Source: a bacterium
GTDB lineage: Bacteria; Auribacterota; Auribacteria; Auribacterales; Auribacteraceae
NCBI GenBank assembly: GCA_024233545.1
Contig: JACKPL010000004.1
Location: 153,391-217,390, forward strand
Reading direction: 5' to 3'
DNA: 64,000 bases
In this document: in pieces, positions 1 to 10,194 of the stretch
Layout: the number at the start of each line of letters is the position of its first letter
How positions within the stretch are numbered: position 1 is the stretch's first letter
Program-made: the position numbers and the translations under genes
The notes under the pieces: model-generated
Seen by the model: the letters and a program-made list of their open reading frames with translations, nothing else
Databases searched by the model: none
Told to the model about the DNA's origin: nothing

Positions 1-1085
1 CCGCATAATCTGGTAACGGCTGCTGAATTCAGTTATCGATTCCACTGTCACGCCGTCGTCGCCGTAACTCGTTACCGTGACGATGTTGCCGCATTGCCGC
101 TCGGCTACTGACGATACCTTCTGTCTCGCCGGACTTCTTATGGATTCTTGTTATCGCCCGCATATCCCACCGATACGAACCGTCATGTTGGCACAACAAT
201 ACCGTACTCTCAACTACATTCGCAGGAACTTTATAGTCAACCAACGTGCCAAATAACGTCATCAACGCAGACAAACGGCCTCGCTTGTCGCTCACCTGCA
301 ACTTCGTATCGCCGCAGCGTCGTTATCTATGGGCACTGCGTCGCCGTATAATCTGGTAACGGCCACAGTTGAACTCAGTTATCGATTCCACCGTCACGCT
401 GCCGCGCCGTAACTCGTTAATGTGATTGATGTTTCGGCATTGTCAAGTTCAGCTACTGACGATACCTTCTCGTCTTCGCCGGACTCTTTTCTATAATTCT
501 TGTTATCAGTTCATATCCCCACCGATACGAACCGTCATACACAACAATACCTCAACTACATTCGCAGGAACTTTTATATCAACCAACGTGCCAGTCAACG
601 TCATCAACGCAGCAGACAAACGGCCTGTCGCTCACTCTGCACCTGTATCGCCGTCATTATCTATAATGCCGCTGCATAATCTGGCAACGCCAGTTGAACT
701 TCAGTTATCGACCACCGTCACGCCGTCGTTTCGTAACTCGTTACCGTGACGATGTTGCCGGCATTGTCAAGCTCAGCTACCGACGATACCTTCGTCTCGC
801 CGGACTCTTTCTGCGCATTCTTGTTATCGTCTACATATCCCCACCGATACGAACCGTCATACACAAATACCGTACTCTCAACTACATTCGCAGGAACTTT
901 ATAGTCGACTAACGTGCCAGTCAACGTCATCAACGCAGACAAACGGCCTTCGTTGTCGCTCACCTGCACCGTATCGCCGTCGTTATCTATAATTCGTGTC
1001 GCCGTATAATCAGGCAACGGCCAGTTGAACTCAGTTATCGATTCCACCGTCACGCCGTCGTCAGCAAATGTCGTGATAGTAATAA
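1..1085. repeat. At least three near-identical tandem DNA repeats of about 330-345 bp, running off the window start. Recurring motif ...cgtataatctggtaacggcc...ccaccgtcacgcc...gtaactcgtta... begins near 1, 345, 674 and 1004, with a diverged copy beyond about 1085. The repeats encode the ~110-aa C-terminal module of the RHS/TSP3 protein. The copies at 1-717 lie beyond the stop and carry indels.
   Basis: Direct alignment of the sequence against itself. The minus-strand translation of each copy gives ...VQVSD(N/K)(E)GRLSALMTL(T/F)GTLVDYKVPANVVESTV..., and the 90-aa ORF at 29-301 is a frame-broken copy. Confidence 0.85.
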
Positions 1086-3660
1086 AATTGCCATCATTAT
1101 CTAATTCAGCAATCGATGATAATTTTGTTTCCCCCGTTTCATGGAATTGATTTTTATTGTCATCGACATAACCTGCACGTAAATTCGTATCATATTCAAA
1201 AACTGTACTTTCTTCAACTTGCCCAGGATCAGTATAATCGCCAAAAGGTGACGTTAGTGTCTGCAATGCGACAAGCTGGCTATTAAAATCGATGACTTGA
1301 ATAGTTGATTTACCCTCGGGCTGATTTACCTGACGGGAAGTAAGGTATCCGAACAACGGTTTGTTAAATTCAGTGATCGATTCAATTGTTGTGCCATCGG
1401 GAGCAAATGAAGTTAAATTGATTAAATCACCAAAATTATCAAGTTCAGCGATTTCATCCTTTAATGTTTCACCTCCATCGAGTATGCCATTGGTATTTGT
1501 ATCGACATACCCCGTACGGAAATTTTGTTTGGTATCATTATCGAAACTATATTGATATACAGTACTCTCGAGAACAGTGTCGTCAGGGGCTATTTCCTGT
1601 AATAAAACGAGGCGAGATTGAGCATCAAAAACCTGAAGGAGTTCGCTTCCGTCCGGCCGTAAACTATGGTTAGTGACAAACCCCTCTTGAGGCTTATCGA
1701 ATTCTGCAATATTTACCGGATTAAGGCTGTCATCAAATGTTGTAATATTAATTAAACTGTTATCGATTGAATCAAGTATGGCACGTGAACGCAATAATCC
1801 CGTTACCGGATGATTAAGCCGTTCTCTTCGAATTAACCGCCCAACATTTGTAGGATCGGTTCCGTAGGAAAAGTAACTGACCGTTTGGGTGCCGGTATCA
1901 TTATCAAAAGAAGTTTGTTCGGTTAAACGTCCATTTAAAGAGAATAAAGACCTTACTTCATCGCCTGTCAACCCATTATGTGTCGTTTGAGTATTGAGAT
2001 TACCGTTGGGATAAAATCGCTGGATAGTAAAACCATCGCCCCGAGCGGCAGATTCATCAATAGTGATAGAAGAAAGTACACCGCTTCCATCAAACTTTTG
2101 AATGGTGAGATCGCCATCACGAGGTGTATCAAACGCAGTGATTGAAATCAAATTCTGATTACTAGACAAAACTGCGCGTGCTATTGGAGAATCTTCAGGG
2201 TCTTTGACACCATCACCATCCACATCATTGTATTCGGTACGAATTTCGCCACCCACGTTTCCAGAATCATTGTCAGGAAGGTATTCAAACAACGTGCGCG
2301 TCCCCGGTTCTTGAAGAGCGCCATTGATAAATAATTTTATTGTTTGAGTTATAAGGTTGTCATCATTATCAAATACTTGAATTGTTTGGTTGCCGTCAGG
2401 ATCGGTTGAAGTAACTCTTCTACTTCCATCGGGAAAATTTTGTACTTGAGACGCGCTTCCACCGGATGCAATTGTTTCTAACACGTTTCCTTCGTTATCA
2501 TAAATAGTGAGAGTACCGCTTTCATCGATTACAGTACGGTCTTTTTTGGGAATAGTTACATTAAAATTATTTGTTTCAAGATCAATTTCAAAACTGGTTG
2601 GATCGGCATCCGCAAGACCATCACCATCAGTATCATTTCTGAATTGATCGGGGATTCCATCGTTATCCGTGTCTATGCCCTGCCCATCAGGCACGCCATC
2701 ACCATCAACGTCAATACCCCATATGCCGGTTTCATTGTCATAGAAAGCATCAGTGATGCCGTCATTATTCAAATCGACTTCTTGATAACCGGTTTGGATT
2801 TGTTTAAATATCTCCAGACTGATATTCCCTTGCGCATTATTATTTGTTACCGCATAAAACTCAGGGGTTACTAAACCTTGGATTGTCAAATCAGGGTCGT
2901 CTTGCCGCCCTTGACTGGTTTCATAAACATATGTTCTGATACTAGTTAACGTAATTTGAAATTCGGCGGTATATTCGACTCCAAACTGATAACCAGTAAC
3001 AACGTCAATGGATTGAGTGCCTTCATCAATGACACCATCTTCTTCTCGATAAAAACTATATACAAGCTTTAAATCGCCATTCTGGGTACTGAGAGACAAC
3101 AAGTTTTCCGTATAAATATATCCGCCGCCCGGTTTTGTTACACTGCTTATGTCTTCAAAACCAGTGTTAAAAAATGTAGAATCGTTTTCGAGGGTAAACC
3201 GCACTTTATAACGCGGCAATTCGCTTCGATCCGCTAAATCTATGCGCAAGGATTCATCAATCGTTATGACTTCCTCGAGTCCATAAGACGTTTGATTCTG
3301 ATCATTATTTCCGTTACCTGCACCTTCTTGTCCAGCTCCTGGAATGTCGTTGTCACCTTCGGTTTGAAAGAAAGGATTCTCGGGGCCAATATTGATGGGA
3401 GGGGGAACGGAGGGCATAAAAGGGGTTTCTTCGACATTCTCTCCATTACCAGAGAAATCTGTTTCTCCACTGGGGAGATCAAGCTCTTTGGGCAACGGGT
3501 CGTTTGTAGGATCAGGCGATTGCGCCCAAATGAGAGTATTCTGCCCAAATAGTATTGATTCTATCATCAGAAAAACTACAATTCGTTTCCAAACTGAGCG
3601 TTTTCTGCTGAAAAACCAACTACCAATGTCCAATGTAACATTTGTTTGAGGGTTCATCAT
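718..3660 (-). CDS. Secreted repeat protein of 980 aa. It has an N-terminal signal/anchor segment, thrombospondin-type-3-like calcium-binding Asp repeats (DxDxDG/NDTDGDG, encoded around 2590-2790), and many degenerate YD/RHS-like repeats (xQVFDxxxxL, TIYDNEGNVL, VSDNEGRL). No C-terminal toxin domain and no PxxxxDPxGL motif were seen.
   Basis: ORF translation. Motifs: DLNNDGITDAFYDNETGIWGIDVDGDGVPDGQGIDTDNDGIPDQFRNDTDGDGLADAD, plus repeated ~110-aa modules ending the protein. A hydrophobic segment IVVFLMIESILFGQNTLIWAQS follows the N-terminal charged region. Confidence 0.7.
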   Translation of the reverse strand: MMNPQTNVTLDIGSWFFSRKRSVWKRIVVFLMIESILFGQNTLIWAQSPDPTNDPLPKELDLPSGETDFSGNGENVEETPFMPSVPPPINIGPENPFFQTEGDNDIPGAGQEGAGNGNNDQNQTSYGLEEVITIDESLRIDLADRSELPRYKVRFTLENDSTFFNTGFEDISSVTKPGGGYIYTENLLSLSTQNGDLKLVYSFYREEDGVIDEGTQSIDVVTGYQFGVEYTAEFQITLTSIRTYVYETSQGRQDDPDLTIQGLVTPEFYAVTNNNAQGNISLEIFKQIQTGYQEVDLNNDGITDAFYDNETGIWGIDVDGDGVPDGQGIDTDNDGIPDQFRNDTDGDGLADADPTSFEIDLETNNFNVTIPKKDRTVIDESGTLTIYDNEGNVLETIASGGSASQVQNFPDGSRRVTSTDPDGNQTIQVFDNDDNLITQTIKLFINGALQEPGTRTLFEYLPDNDSGNVGGEIRTEYNDVDGDGVKDPEDSPIARAVLSSNQNLISITAFDTPRDGDLTIQKFDGSGVLSSITIDESAARGDGFTIQRFYPNGNLNTQTTHNGLTGDEVRSLFSLNGRLTEQTSFDNDTGTQTVSYFSYGTDPTNVGRLIRRERLNHPVTGLLRSRAILDSIDNSLINITTFDDSLNPVNIAEFDKPQEGFVTNHSLRPDGSELLQVFDAQSRLVLLQEIAPDDTVLESTVYQYSFDNDTKQNFRTGYVDTNTNGILDGGETLKDEIAELDNFGDLINLTSFAPDGTTIESITEFNKPLFGYLTSRQVNQPEGKSTIQVIDFNSQLVALQTLTSPFGDYTDPGQVEESTVFEYDTNLRAGYVDDNKNQFHETGETKLSSIAELDNDGNFITITTFADDGVTVESITEFNWPLPDYTATRIIDNDGDTVQVSDNEGRLSALMTLTGTLVDYKVPANVVESTVFVYDGSYRWGYVDDNKNAQKESGETKVSSVAELDNAGNIVTVTSYETTA

Positions 3661-4091
3661 TTTTCCTTCCGGTTATAAGTGGATTTTTCTTATATAAACT
3701 ATGGTAAAATCAATCATTAAAAACAACACGAAAGGGGCCTTCAGTGTTTTACATACACCTCTGACCCTCATATTTTTTTATGAATTCCTTTCACAAAAAA
3801 TATTTCTTTAAAACTTTATAAGGTTGAGTAACTTATGTATTTAAAGTATACTCTATTTTTTTTAAAATTTCAATCTTCTGAAATCTTAAAACGGCATATA
3901 ATTACATTATTATATTATATACAACATATTTTAATGGTTAAAATTACACAAAAAGTTATTTAAAAGATAAATTAGTATAAAAATTTCTTTTTAGAACAAT
4001 GCATGAGTTATCTAATATAATCGGACGGGTAAGAATAAAAAATGAGAATAAAATACTTCTCTAGACAAAGTATAATATTCTCTAAAGTAGT
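3661..4091 (-). promoter_or_regulatory. Intergenic region of 430 bp, extremely AT-rich (long A/T runs, ATATTATAT-type tracts), between the rpe stop and the RHS/TSP3 gene start. Probable promoter/regulatory region for the 718-3660 gene and 3' UTR of the rpe operon.
   Basis: Base composition and position only. No specific -35/-10 call is attempted. Confidence 0.35.
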
Positions 4092-4742
4092 TTATTCAGA
4101 AGCCACACGAAGATTTCTCATAGCAATAATGGGGTCAGGTGAGCCAAACACCGCAAATCCAGCAACAGCAATGTCAACGCCGGCTTGAGCGGCTAACCGG
4201 ATAGTATCAATGTTTATCCCTCCATCCACTTCAATTTGTATATGCGGATAGAATTTATCTATTAACGTTCGCGCCTGTTGTATTTTTGTTATCATTTGAG
4301 GAATAAATGTTTGCCCTCCAAACCCAGGATTTACTGTCATTATAAGCAATAAGTCTATGTCCGGCAGGACATATTCAACTGCAGACAAAGGCGTAGAAGG
4401 GTTTATGGCAACTCCACATTGAATTCCTAATTTTTTTATGTGCTGTATCGATCGATGAAGATGAATTGATGCTTCGGCATGAATGGAAAGTATATCAGCT
4501 CCAGCTTTCACAAAATCATCGATATATTTATCCGGCGTTTCAATCATAAGATGAACATCAAATGGTAAAGTACACATTTTTTTTAAATCAGCAATTAGTT
4601 TCGGGCCGAACGTAATCGCAGGAACGAAATGCCCGTCCATTACATCCAAATGCAAGTATTCCGCCTTCCCCTTTTCTGCAATGGCAACAGCTTCTCCGAG
4701 ACGCGCAAAATCCGCAGATAAGATTGACGGCGCTATTTTCAT
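4092..4742 (-). CDS. rpe: Ribulose-phosphate 3-epimerase
   Basis: 216 aa. N-terminus MKIAPSILSADFARLGE...LHLDVMDGHFVP, with typical Rpe TIM-barrel signature motifs. Confidence 0.9.
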   Translation of the reverse strand: MKIAPSILSADFARLGEAVAIAEKGKAEYLHLDVMDGHFVPAITFGPKLIADLKKMCTLPFDVHLMIETPDKYIDDFVKAGADILSIHAEASIHLHRSIQHIKKLGIQCGVAINPSTPLSAVEYVLPDIDLLLIMTVNPGFGGQTFIPQMITKIQQARTLIDKFYPHIQIEVDGGINIDTIRLAAQAGVDIAVAGFAVFGSPDPIIAMRNLRVASE

Positions 4743-4758
4743 TATGTCTCTCCCGTAT

Positions 4759-6024
4759 TTAAAAATGGAAAATTGATCTCAGCCGAGATTCGTTTTTTAA
4801 AGGGCTTATAATCGACATATTCAACCTTTCGTTAGTAAATAATGCATTACTGACCCTTAACAAATCTTCCGCAGAAACTTTAGTAATTTGCTCAAGAATT
4901 TCATCAATTGACTGCACTTGCTTTTGGGTAAGAAGCGTTTCTCCTAACCACATCATTATATTCATTGTTTTTTCCAAGCCCAATGAGAGTTGGCCAATAG
5001 TATACTGCTTTGCCCTATCCAATTCTTCTTTAGGAACTAATTCGGTTTTAAGATTTTTAAGTACCGAAAGAATTATCTTGATGGTTTTTTCTGTTGATTT
5101 AGGGTCGGTCCCTGCAGAAATCACCACTGCTCCGGTATCAATGAATCGTTCGACAGAAGAATGAATCGAATAAGCCAAACCATGTTTTTCCCTGACTTCT
5201 TGGAAAAGGCGAGAACTCATATTTTCGCCTAAAACCGTATTTAAAACCTTAAGAATGTATCTATCGGGATGTGTGCGAGAGTAAGCCCTTATTCCCATTG
5301 CGATATGTGACTGTTCCGTATCTTTAGAAAGCAACTTAATCTCAGGGGCACTTTGTTTTTCTATCACTGCATCGGAAACTGGCACTGGATAATGCGAGCA
5401 TGTTGTGCTTAAACATTGGCAAATAGTCTCCACAACAGAATCATGTTTGATGTTGCCTGCTACAGAAACAACAATATTACTTAACGTATACAGCCGTTCT
5501 TTATATTCAACGAGCTGTCGATTGGTAACTGCATCTACGGTATCTACGGTACCAATCAACATTTTTCCGAGAGGTTGACCGGGCCATAGTACCTCGCTCA
5601 ATATGTCGTGGACATATTGAGCGGGCAAATCGACATACATCATTATCTCTTCTTTAATCACGGGCTTTTCTTTTTCAATGTGCTCATCGGAAAAAGTCAC
5701 ATTTGATGCCATGTCCCACAAGACATCAAACGTATGGGCAAAATGTTCGGCAAGTACTCGCGCATAATAGCACGTATACTCTTCACCAGTGAATGCGTTG
5801 AGAGCTCCGCCGATTCCTTCTATTGCTTCCGTAATTTCTTTTCCGGAACGTTTTTCGGTGCCTTTAAAAACGAGGTGTTCTATAAAATGAGAGATGCCGC
5901 TTAATGCGGGTGTTTCATACCTGCCCCCTGCACCAATCCAAATTCCAACAGACACAGAATTCATGTGAGGCATTTCGTAACTAACTATTTTTAATCCATT
6001 TTCGAGGGTTTTAATGTGCCTCAT
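4759..6024 (-). CDS. M16-family (pitrilysin/insulinase-like) zinc metallopeptidase
   Basis: 421 aa. Inverted zinc-binding motif HFIEHLVFKGT (HxxEH) near the N-terminus, and the length typical of bacterial M16 peptidases. Confidence 0.8.
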   Translation of the reverse strand: MRHIKTLENGLKIVSYEMPHMNSVSVGIWIGAGGRYETPALSGISHFIEHLVFKGTEKRSGKEITEAIEGIGGALNAFTGEEYTCYYARVLAEHFAHTFDVLWDMASNVTFSDEHIEKEKPVIKEEIMMYVDLPAQYVHDILSEVLWPGQPLGKMLIGTVDTVDAVTNRQLVEYKERLYTLSNIVVSVAGNIKHDSVVETICQCLSTTCSHYPVPVSDAVIEKQSAPEIKLLSKDTEQSHIAMGIRAYSRTHPDRYILKVLNTVLGENMSSRLFQEVREKHGLAYSIHSSVERFIDTGAVVISAGTDPKSTEKTIKIILSVLKNLKTELVPKEELDRAKQYTIGQLSLGLEKTMNIMMWLGETLLTQKQVQSIDEILEQITKVSAEDLLRVSNALFTNERLNMSIISPLKNESRLRSIFHF

Positions 6025-6040
6025 AGTACATAATCCTTTT

Positions 6041-6454
6041 TTAGCGTAAACTATCTAAATATGACTGCAACAGCAACTGTGCCGCCATCGAATCAATAAC
6101 TTTTTTGCGTTTTTTACGAGAGACATCCGCCTGCAATAATACTTTATTTGCCTGAATTGTAGTTAACCGTTCATCCCATAACTCAATCTGTATAGGAATC
6201 GCCTGTCTGCACGCATCGGCAAAACCCATTGTTTTTTGGCTTCGTTCTCCTAGTGTTCCGTTCATGTTCTTTGGAAGACCGATTACTATGCAAGTAATTT
6301 GGTATTCATCGACTAATGAACGTAGCTTTAAAAGAATAGAATCTATTTTATCATTCTGAATAAACGCCAATGGGCTTGCAATGAGAGCTGTTGGATCGCT
6401 TAAAGCTACTCCAATTCGTGCATCGCCATAATCTATGCCTAAAAAACGCGCCAT
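6041..6454 (-). CDS. ruvX: Holliday-junction resolvase-like protein RuvX (YqgF), pre-16S rRNA nuclease
   Basis: 137 aa. N-terminus MARFLGIDYGDARIGVALSD matches the YqgF/RuvX signature (LGxDxGxxxIGVAxSD). Confidence 0.85.
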   Translation of the reverse strand: MARFLGIDYGDARIGVALSDPTALIASPLAFIQNDKIDSILLKLRSLVDEYQITCIVIGLPKNMNGTLGERSQKTMGFADACRQAIPIQIELWDERLTTIQANKVLLQADVSRKKRKKVIDSMAAQLLLQSYLDSLR

Positions 6455-7561
6455 TTATAGATATCTCTTAAAATCAGGATTGCCGTCAAGGATTTGTACA
6501 ATCTTTTTTACGTCTTGCGCATTATTCTTATTGCATACCAAAACGGCATCATCGGTAACAACCACAATTAAATCTTTAATTCCTACTCCGGCAAGAATTT
6601 TCTTATCAGAAACCATCAAACAATTATCAATTTCATGCGCAATACAGTTCCCCTTCAGAACATTGCCTCTTTCATCGTTGGGAAAATGTTTTGCTACGGA
6701 ATCCCATGCTCCAACATCATCCCAATCGAACGTACTTTTGGCACATACGACATTACCCGCCTTCTCCATAATACCATAGTCAATTGAAATATTTTGCATC
6801 GAAGGATAGCATTCACCAATACATTTTTGAATTTCTTCGGCATTTCGCGAACTAAAAGCATTTACAAACCGATGATAAGCATTATAGATGTCAGGCAGAT
6901 AGCGCTGAAGGTCGCGCACAAACACTTCCGACCTCCACACAAACATTCCGCTATTCCATAAATATTCGCCGGATTTTAAATATCTTTCTGCAATTTCATG
7001 CATCGGTTTTTCTTTAAAACTTTTTACCGTAAAGAATTCTGTTTCACTTTGACTTTTTTGCCGCTCACCACAATGAATATACCCATACCCTGTCGAAGGA
7101 AAATGAGGTTCAATCCCGATAGTAAACAATGCGTCTTCACTGACAGCATAAGATATGACGTCTTCCAAGGTTCGAGTAAATGATGCCGTCTGGTGAATAA
7201 CATGATCTGCCGGCAAAACCACCATTACTGCATGGGGGTTTTGAACACTGCAATATGCGGCGGCAAGAGCAATACACGGCGCGGTATTTCGCCCGCATGG
7301 TTCTCCAATGATATTTTCGCCTATAAACTCAGGTAGTACCGCTTTAATAGCAGGAACTTGAGATTGGTTTGCAACAATAATCATATTTTCAATCGGCACA
7401 ATCGAGTTGATTCGATTAACCGTTTCTTCAAGCATGGTTTTATCTGAAACTATCGGCAATAATTGTTTCGGAGTATCAATGCGGCTTTTCGGCCAAAACC
7501 GTTCGCCTCTGCCGCCAGCCATAATTACAACAAAAACATTTTTATCCATAATAACTGCCAT
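6455..7561 (-). CDS. Mannose-1-phosphate guanylyltransferase (GDP-mannose pyrophosphorylase), short form without a PMI domain
   Basis: 368 aa. Nucleotidyltransferase motif VIMAGGRGERFWPKSRIDTPKQLLPI. Its start is adjacent to the ruvX stop (6454/6455). Confidence 0.8.
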   Translation of the reverse strand: MAVIMDKNVFVVIMAGGRGERFWPKSRIDTPKQLLPIVSDKTMLEETVNRINSIVPIENMIIVANQSQVPAIKAVLPEFIGENIIGEPCGRNTAPCIALAAAYCSVQNPHAVMVVLPADHVIHQTASFTRTLEDVISYAVSEDALFTIGIEPHFPSTGYGYIHCGERQKSQSETEFFTVKSFKEKPMHEIAERYLKSGEYLWNSGMFVWRSEVFVRDLQRYLPDIYNAYHRFVNAFSSRNAEEIQKCIGECYPSMQNISIDYGIMEKAGNVVCAKSTFDWDDVGAWDSVAKHFPNDERGNVLKGNCIAHEIDNCLMVSDKKILAGVGIKDLIVVVTDDAVLVCNKNNAQDVKKIVQILDGNPDFKRYL

Positions 7562-7566
7562 TGATT

Positions 7567-8361
7567 TTATCTTAATGGTTTTAGTAAATCATTTACAAAA
7601 TTCGCAACTTTCTTTGGGCCAAGCGGATCATTTCGATATTCTTTGATTCTGCGAACAATAGCGCTTCCAACAACAACGGCATCTCCATACCCGGAAACCT
7701 GTTTTACTTGCTCCGGATTCGACACGCCAAAACCGATAGCTACTGGTTTTTCTGTTTTTGATTTTATAAAATTGACATTTTTTTTAATTTCTGAATCAAT
7801 ATTAGATTGTTCCCCCGTCACACCTGTATGCGATACATAATAGATGAATCCTGTGGATAAACGAACAATCTCATCCAGCCGGCTATTTTCAGTTGTCGGC
7901 GATACAATAAAAATCATATCAAGATTGTTTCTCATTATAACGGGATAAATCTCCAAAGATTCTTCAGGAGGCAGATCAAGAATCAATACTCCATCAATAC
8001 CTGCATCGCTGGCATCTTTTGCGAAATTCTCAATACCGTATTGAAAAACAGGATTCAGATAGGTAAAAAGAACAAGAGGAATTTTATTTGTTTTTCGCAC
8101 CCGTTTAATTATTTCAAAAATGTGACTAATTGAAGTGTTGTGTTCAAGAGCACGCTCAACAGCTTCTTGAATAACAGGCCCATCGGCTAGAGGGTCGGAA
8201 AAAGGCACGCCGATTTCGAGAATATCAACACCGATACAACTTAACTCCTGAATTAAATTTTCAGTAAACTCTAATGTTGGGTCTCCGGCAGTAATATACG
8301 CAATAAAACCTTTACGGTTTTTTACTTTTAGGGAATTAAATATTTCGACAATTCTAGACAT
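7567..8361 (-). CDS. trpA: Tryptophan synthase alpha chain. The track ORF starts at 8379. The Met at 8361 ([11 protein letters not shown]...AGDP) gives the canonical N-terminal spacing, so the start is set there.
   Basis: Motifs [26 protein letters not shown]. The 8-nt overlap with the trpB stop suggests translational coupling. Confidence 0.88.
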   Translation of the reverse strand: MSRIVEIFNSLKVKNRKGFIAYITAGDPTLEFTENLIQELSCIGVDILEIGVPFSDPLADGPVIQEAVERALEHNTSISHIFEIIKRVRKTNKIPLVLFTYLNPVFQYGIENFAKDASDAGIDGVLILDLPPEESLEIYPVIMRNNLDMIFIVSPTTENSRLDEIVRLSTGFIYYVSHTGVTGEQSNIDSEIKKNVNFIKSKTEKPVAIGFGVSNPEQVKQVSGYGDAVVVGSAIVRRIKEYRNDPLGPKKVANFVNDLLKPLR

Positions 8362-9559
8362 TTTTGCCTTTCTTTTCATTTAACAGCCTTTGCACTTCCA
8401 GCACATCTTTATCACCTCGCCCCGATAGATTAACAACAGTAACCGTTCCTTTCGGAGGAGGATTTTTAAGTAAATATGCAACAGCATGCGCTGATTCCAA
8501 TGCCGGTATAATTCCTTCAAGTTCGCTCAATAAAAGAAAGGCTTGAAGCGCTTCATCATCTGTAACAGACACATATTTGCATCTGTCCGTTTCATGTAGA
8601 AAACTATGCTCAGGCCCAATAGCCGAATAGTCCAATCCTGCAGAAACAGAATGCGTTTCTTGAATTTGCCCTTGTGGATTTTGGAGAACAAATGTTTTTG
8701 CACCTTGAAAAACGCCAATTTTCCCTCCGGCAAAACGTGCCGCATGTTTTCCAGTATGTATACCGAAACCACCCGCCTCAACACCGATCATTTTGACTTC
8801 CGTATCATTTAAAAATGGATAAAAAAGACCGATCGAATTGCTTCCTCCGCCGACACATGCCACTAATAAATCCGGTAACCGCCCTTCGCAATCAAGTACT
8901 TGCTGTCGAGTTTCTCTTCCTATAACTGATTGAAAATCACGCACAATCATTGGAAATGGGTGCGGGCCGCATACCGAACCCAATATATAATGAGTCGTTT
9001 TTACATTTGTTACCCAATCGCGTAACGCTTCATTGATGGCATCCTTTAATGTTTTGGAACCTGATTCAACACCAATTACTTTTGTACCCAGTAACTGCAT
9101 CCGAAATACATTCAGCGACTGCCTGCGTATGTCTTCAGTACCCATGTATATATGGCACTCGACACCAAATTTTGCCGCAACAGTAGCAGTTGCAACACCA
9201 TGCTGGCCAGCGCCGGTTTCGGCAACAATACGTTTCTTTTTCATCCTTAACGCAAGAAGAATTTGCCCAATTGCGTTATTTATTTTATGCGCTCCGGTAT
9301 GACACAAATCTTCCCTCTTTAAATATATTTTTCCTCCGCCAATATATTCTGATAACCGAGATGCACAATAGAGAGGTGTAGGACGTCCAATATATGTTGC
9401 ATTTAATCTGCTAATCTCTGCACAGAATGAAGAATCGTCTTTTAACGATAAATAGGTTTGTTCCAATTCTCTAAGCGCACTCATCAGCAACTCTGGAACA
9501 AACCTGCCCCCATACTGGCCGAAATATCCTTTTGAATCAGGGAAAATGGTGTGTTTCAT
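8354..9559 (-). CDS. trpB: Tryptophan synthase beta chain
   Basis: 401 aa. [10 protein letters not shown] and the PLP-lysine motif HTGAHKINN. There is a 4-nt overlap with the trpF stop. Confidence 0.92.
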   Translation of the reverse strand: MKHTIFPDSKGYFGQYGGRFVPELLMSALRELEQTYLSLKDDSSFCAEISRLNATYIGRPTPLYCASRLSEYIGGGKIYLKREDLCHTGAHKINNAIGQILLALRMKKKRIVAETGAGQHGVATATVAAKFGVECHIYMGTEDIRRQSLNVFRMQLLGTKVIGVESGSKTLKDAINEALRDWVTNVKTTHYILGSVCGPHPFPMIVRDFQSVIGRETRQQVLDCEGRLPDLLVACVGGGSNSIGLFYPFLNDTEVKMIGVEAGGFGIHTGKHAARFAGGKIGVFQGAKTFVLQNPQGQIQETHSVSAGLDYSAIGPEHSFLHETDRCKYVSVTDDEALQAFLLLSELEGIIPALESAHAVAYLLKNPPPKGTVTVVNLSGRGDKDVLEVQRLLNEKKGKNV

Positions 9560-10194
9560 ACTGTATTCCTCACGTTATATGACGAAACAATTTTAAATAG
9601 GCTGTTCATTAAGTTACAATCCTTCTTGCCATGAGCAGATTCCACACCACTGCATACATCAATAACTTCCGGCGTGTAAGTCTTTAATAAATCCGATACA
9701 TTCTTGGGAGTAATACCTCCCGCAATAATGATTTTTGTCTTCATAGATGTATCAATTTTATTTAAAAATTTCCAGTTAAATTGTTTACCGGTACCTCCAT
9801 AAGAACACACGTGATAGGTATCAAGCAAAAAATAATCTACCGGAAAAGAAGGCAGTTTTCCAATGTCTTCTTCAGTTTTAACCCGTATCGCTTTAATGAG
9901 TTTTTTCCATCTCATTTGTTCGCAATATTCAATAGATTCATCACCATGCAATTGAATGCAATCAAGCCTGCACTGACTTACAACAGCCTTCACAACATCG
10001 GGGTTTTCATTGACAAATACACCGACCATATGAATAAACGGAGGCATCATTTTGATGATATGCGCGGCATGTTCCGGTTCAATATACCGCGGGCTTCCGG
10101 AGAAAAAATTAAACCCGAGCGCCACTGCGCCGCACCGAACAGAAAGTAACGCATCTTCAATTGAAGTAATTCCACATATTTTAACACGTACCAT
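9556..10194 (-). CDS. trpF: Phosphoribosylanthranilate isomerase. The track ORF runs to 10263. The likely real start is the Met at 10194 ([10 protein letters not shown]), which overlaps the trpC stop by 14 nt.
   Basis: VKICGITS...ALGFNF motifs and a TIM-barrel PRAI of about 210 aa. Confidence 0.85.
   Translation of the reverse strand: MVRVKICGITSIEDALLSVRCGAVALGFNFFSGSPRYIEPEHAAHIIKMMPPFIHMVGVFVNENPDVVKAVVSQCRLDCIQLHGDESIEYCEQMRWKKLIKAIRVKTEEDIGKLPSFPVDYFLLDTYHVCSYGGTGKQFNWKFLNKIDTSMKTKIIIAGGITPKNVSDLLKTYTPEVIDVCSGVESAHGKKDCNLMNSLFKIVSSYNVRNTV

Noticed and set aside
29-912. Short ORFs within the 5' tandem repeats (29-301 minus, 148-351 plus, 426-749 plus, 694-912 plus)
   Set aside because: They are frame-broken copies, or antisense readings, of the ~110-aa repeat module of the 718-3660 gene. 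They are not independent genes.
1-1085. Possible CRISPR array, because of regularly spaced repeats
   Set aside because: The unit is about 340 bp and protein-coding. There are no short direct repeats with unique spacers and no cas genes.
718-3660. Rhs polymorphic toxin with a C-terminal toxin and an adjacent immunity gene
   Set aside because: No PxxxxDPxGL hinge and no distinct C-terminal toxin domain are present. The protein ends in repeat modules, and no small downstream immunity-like ORF is supportable.
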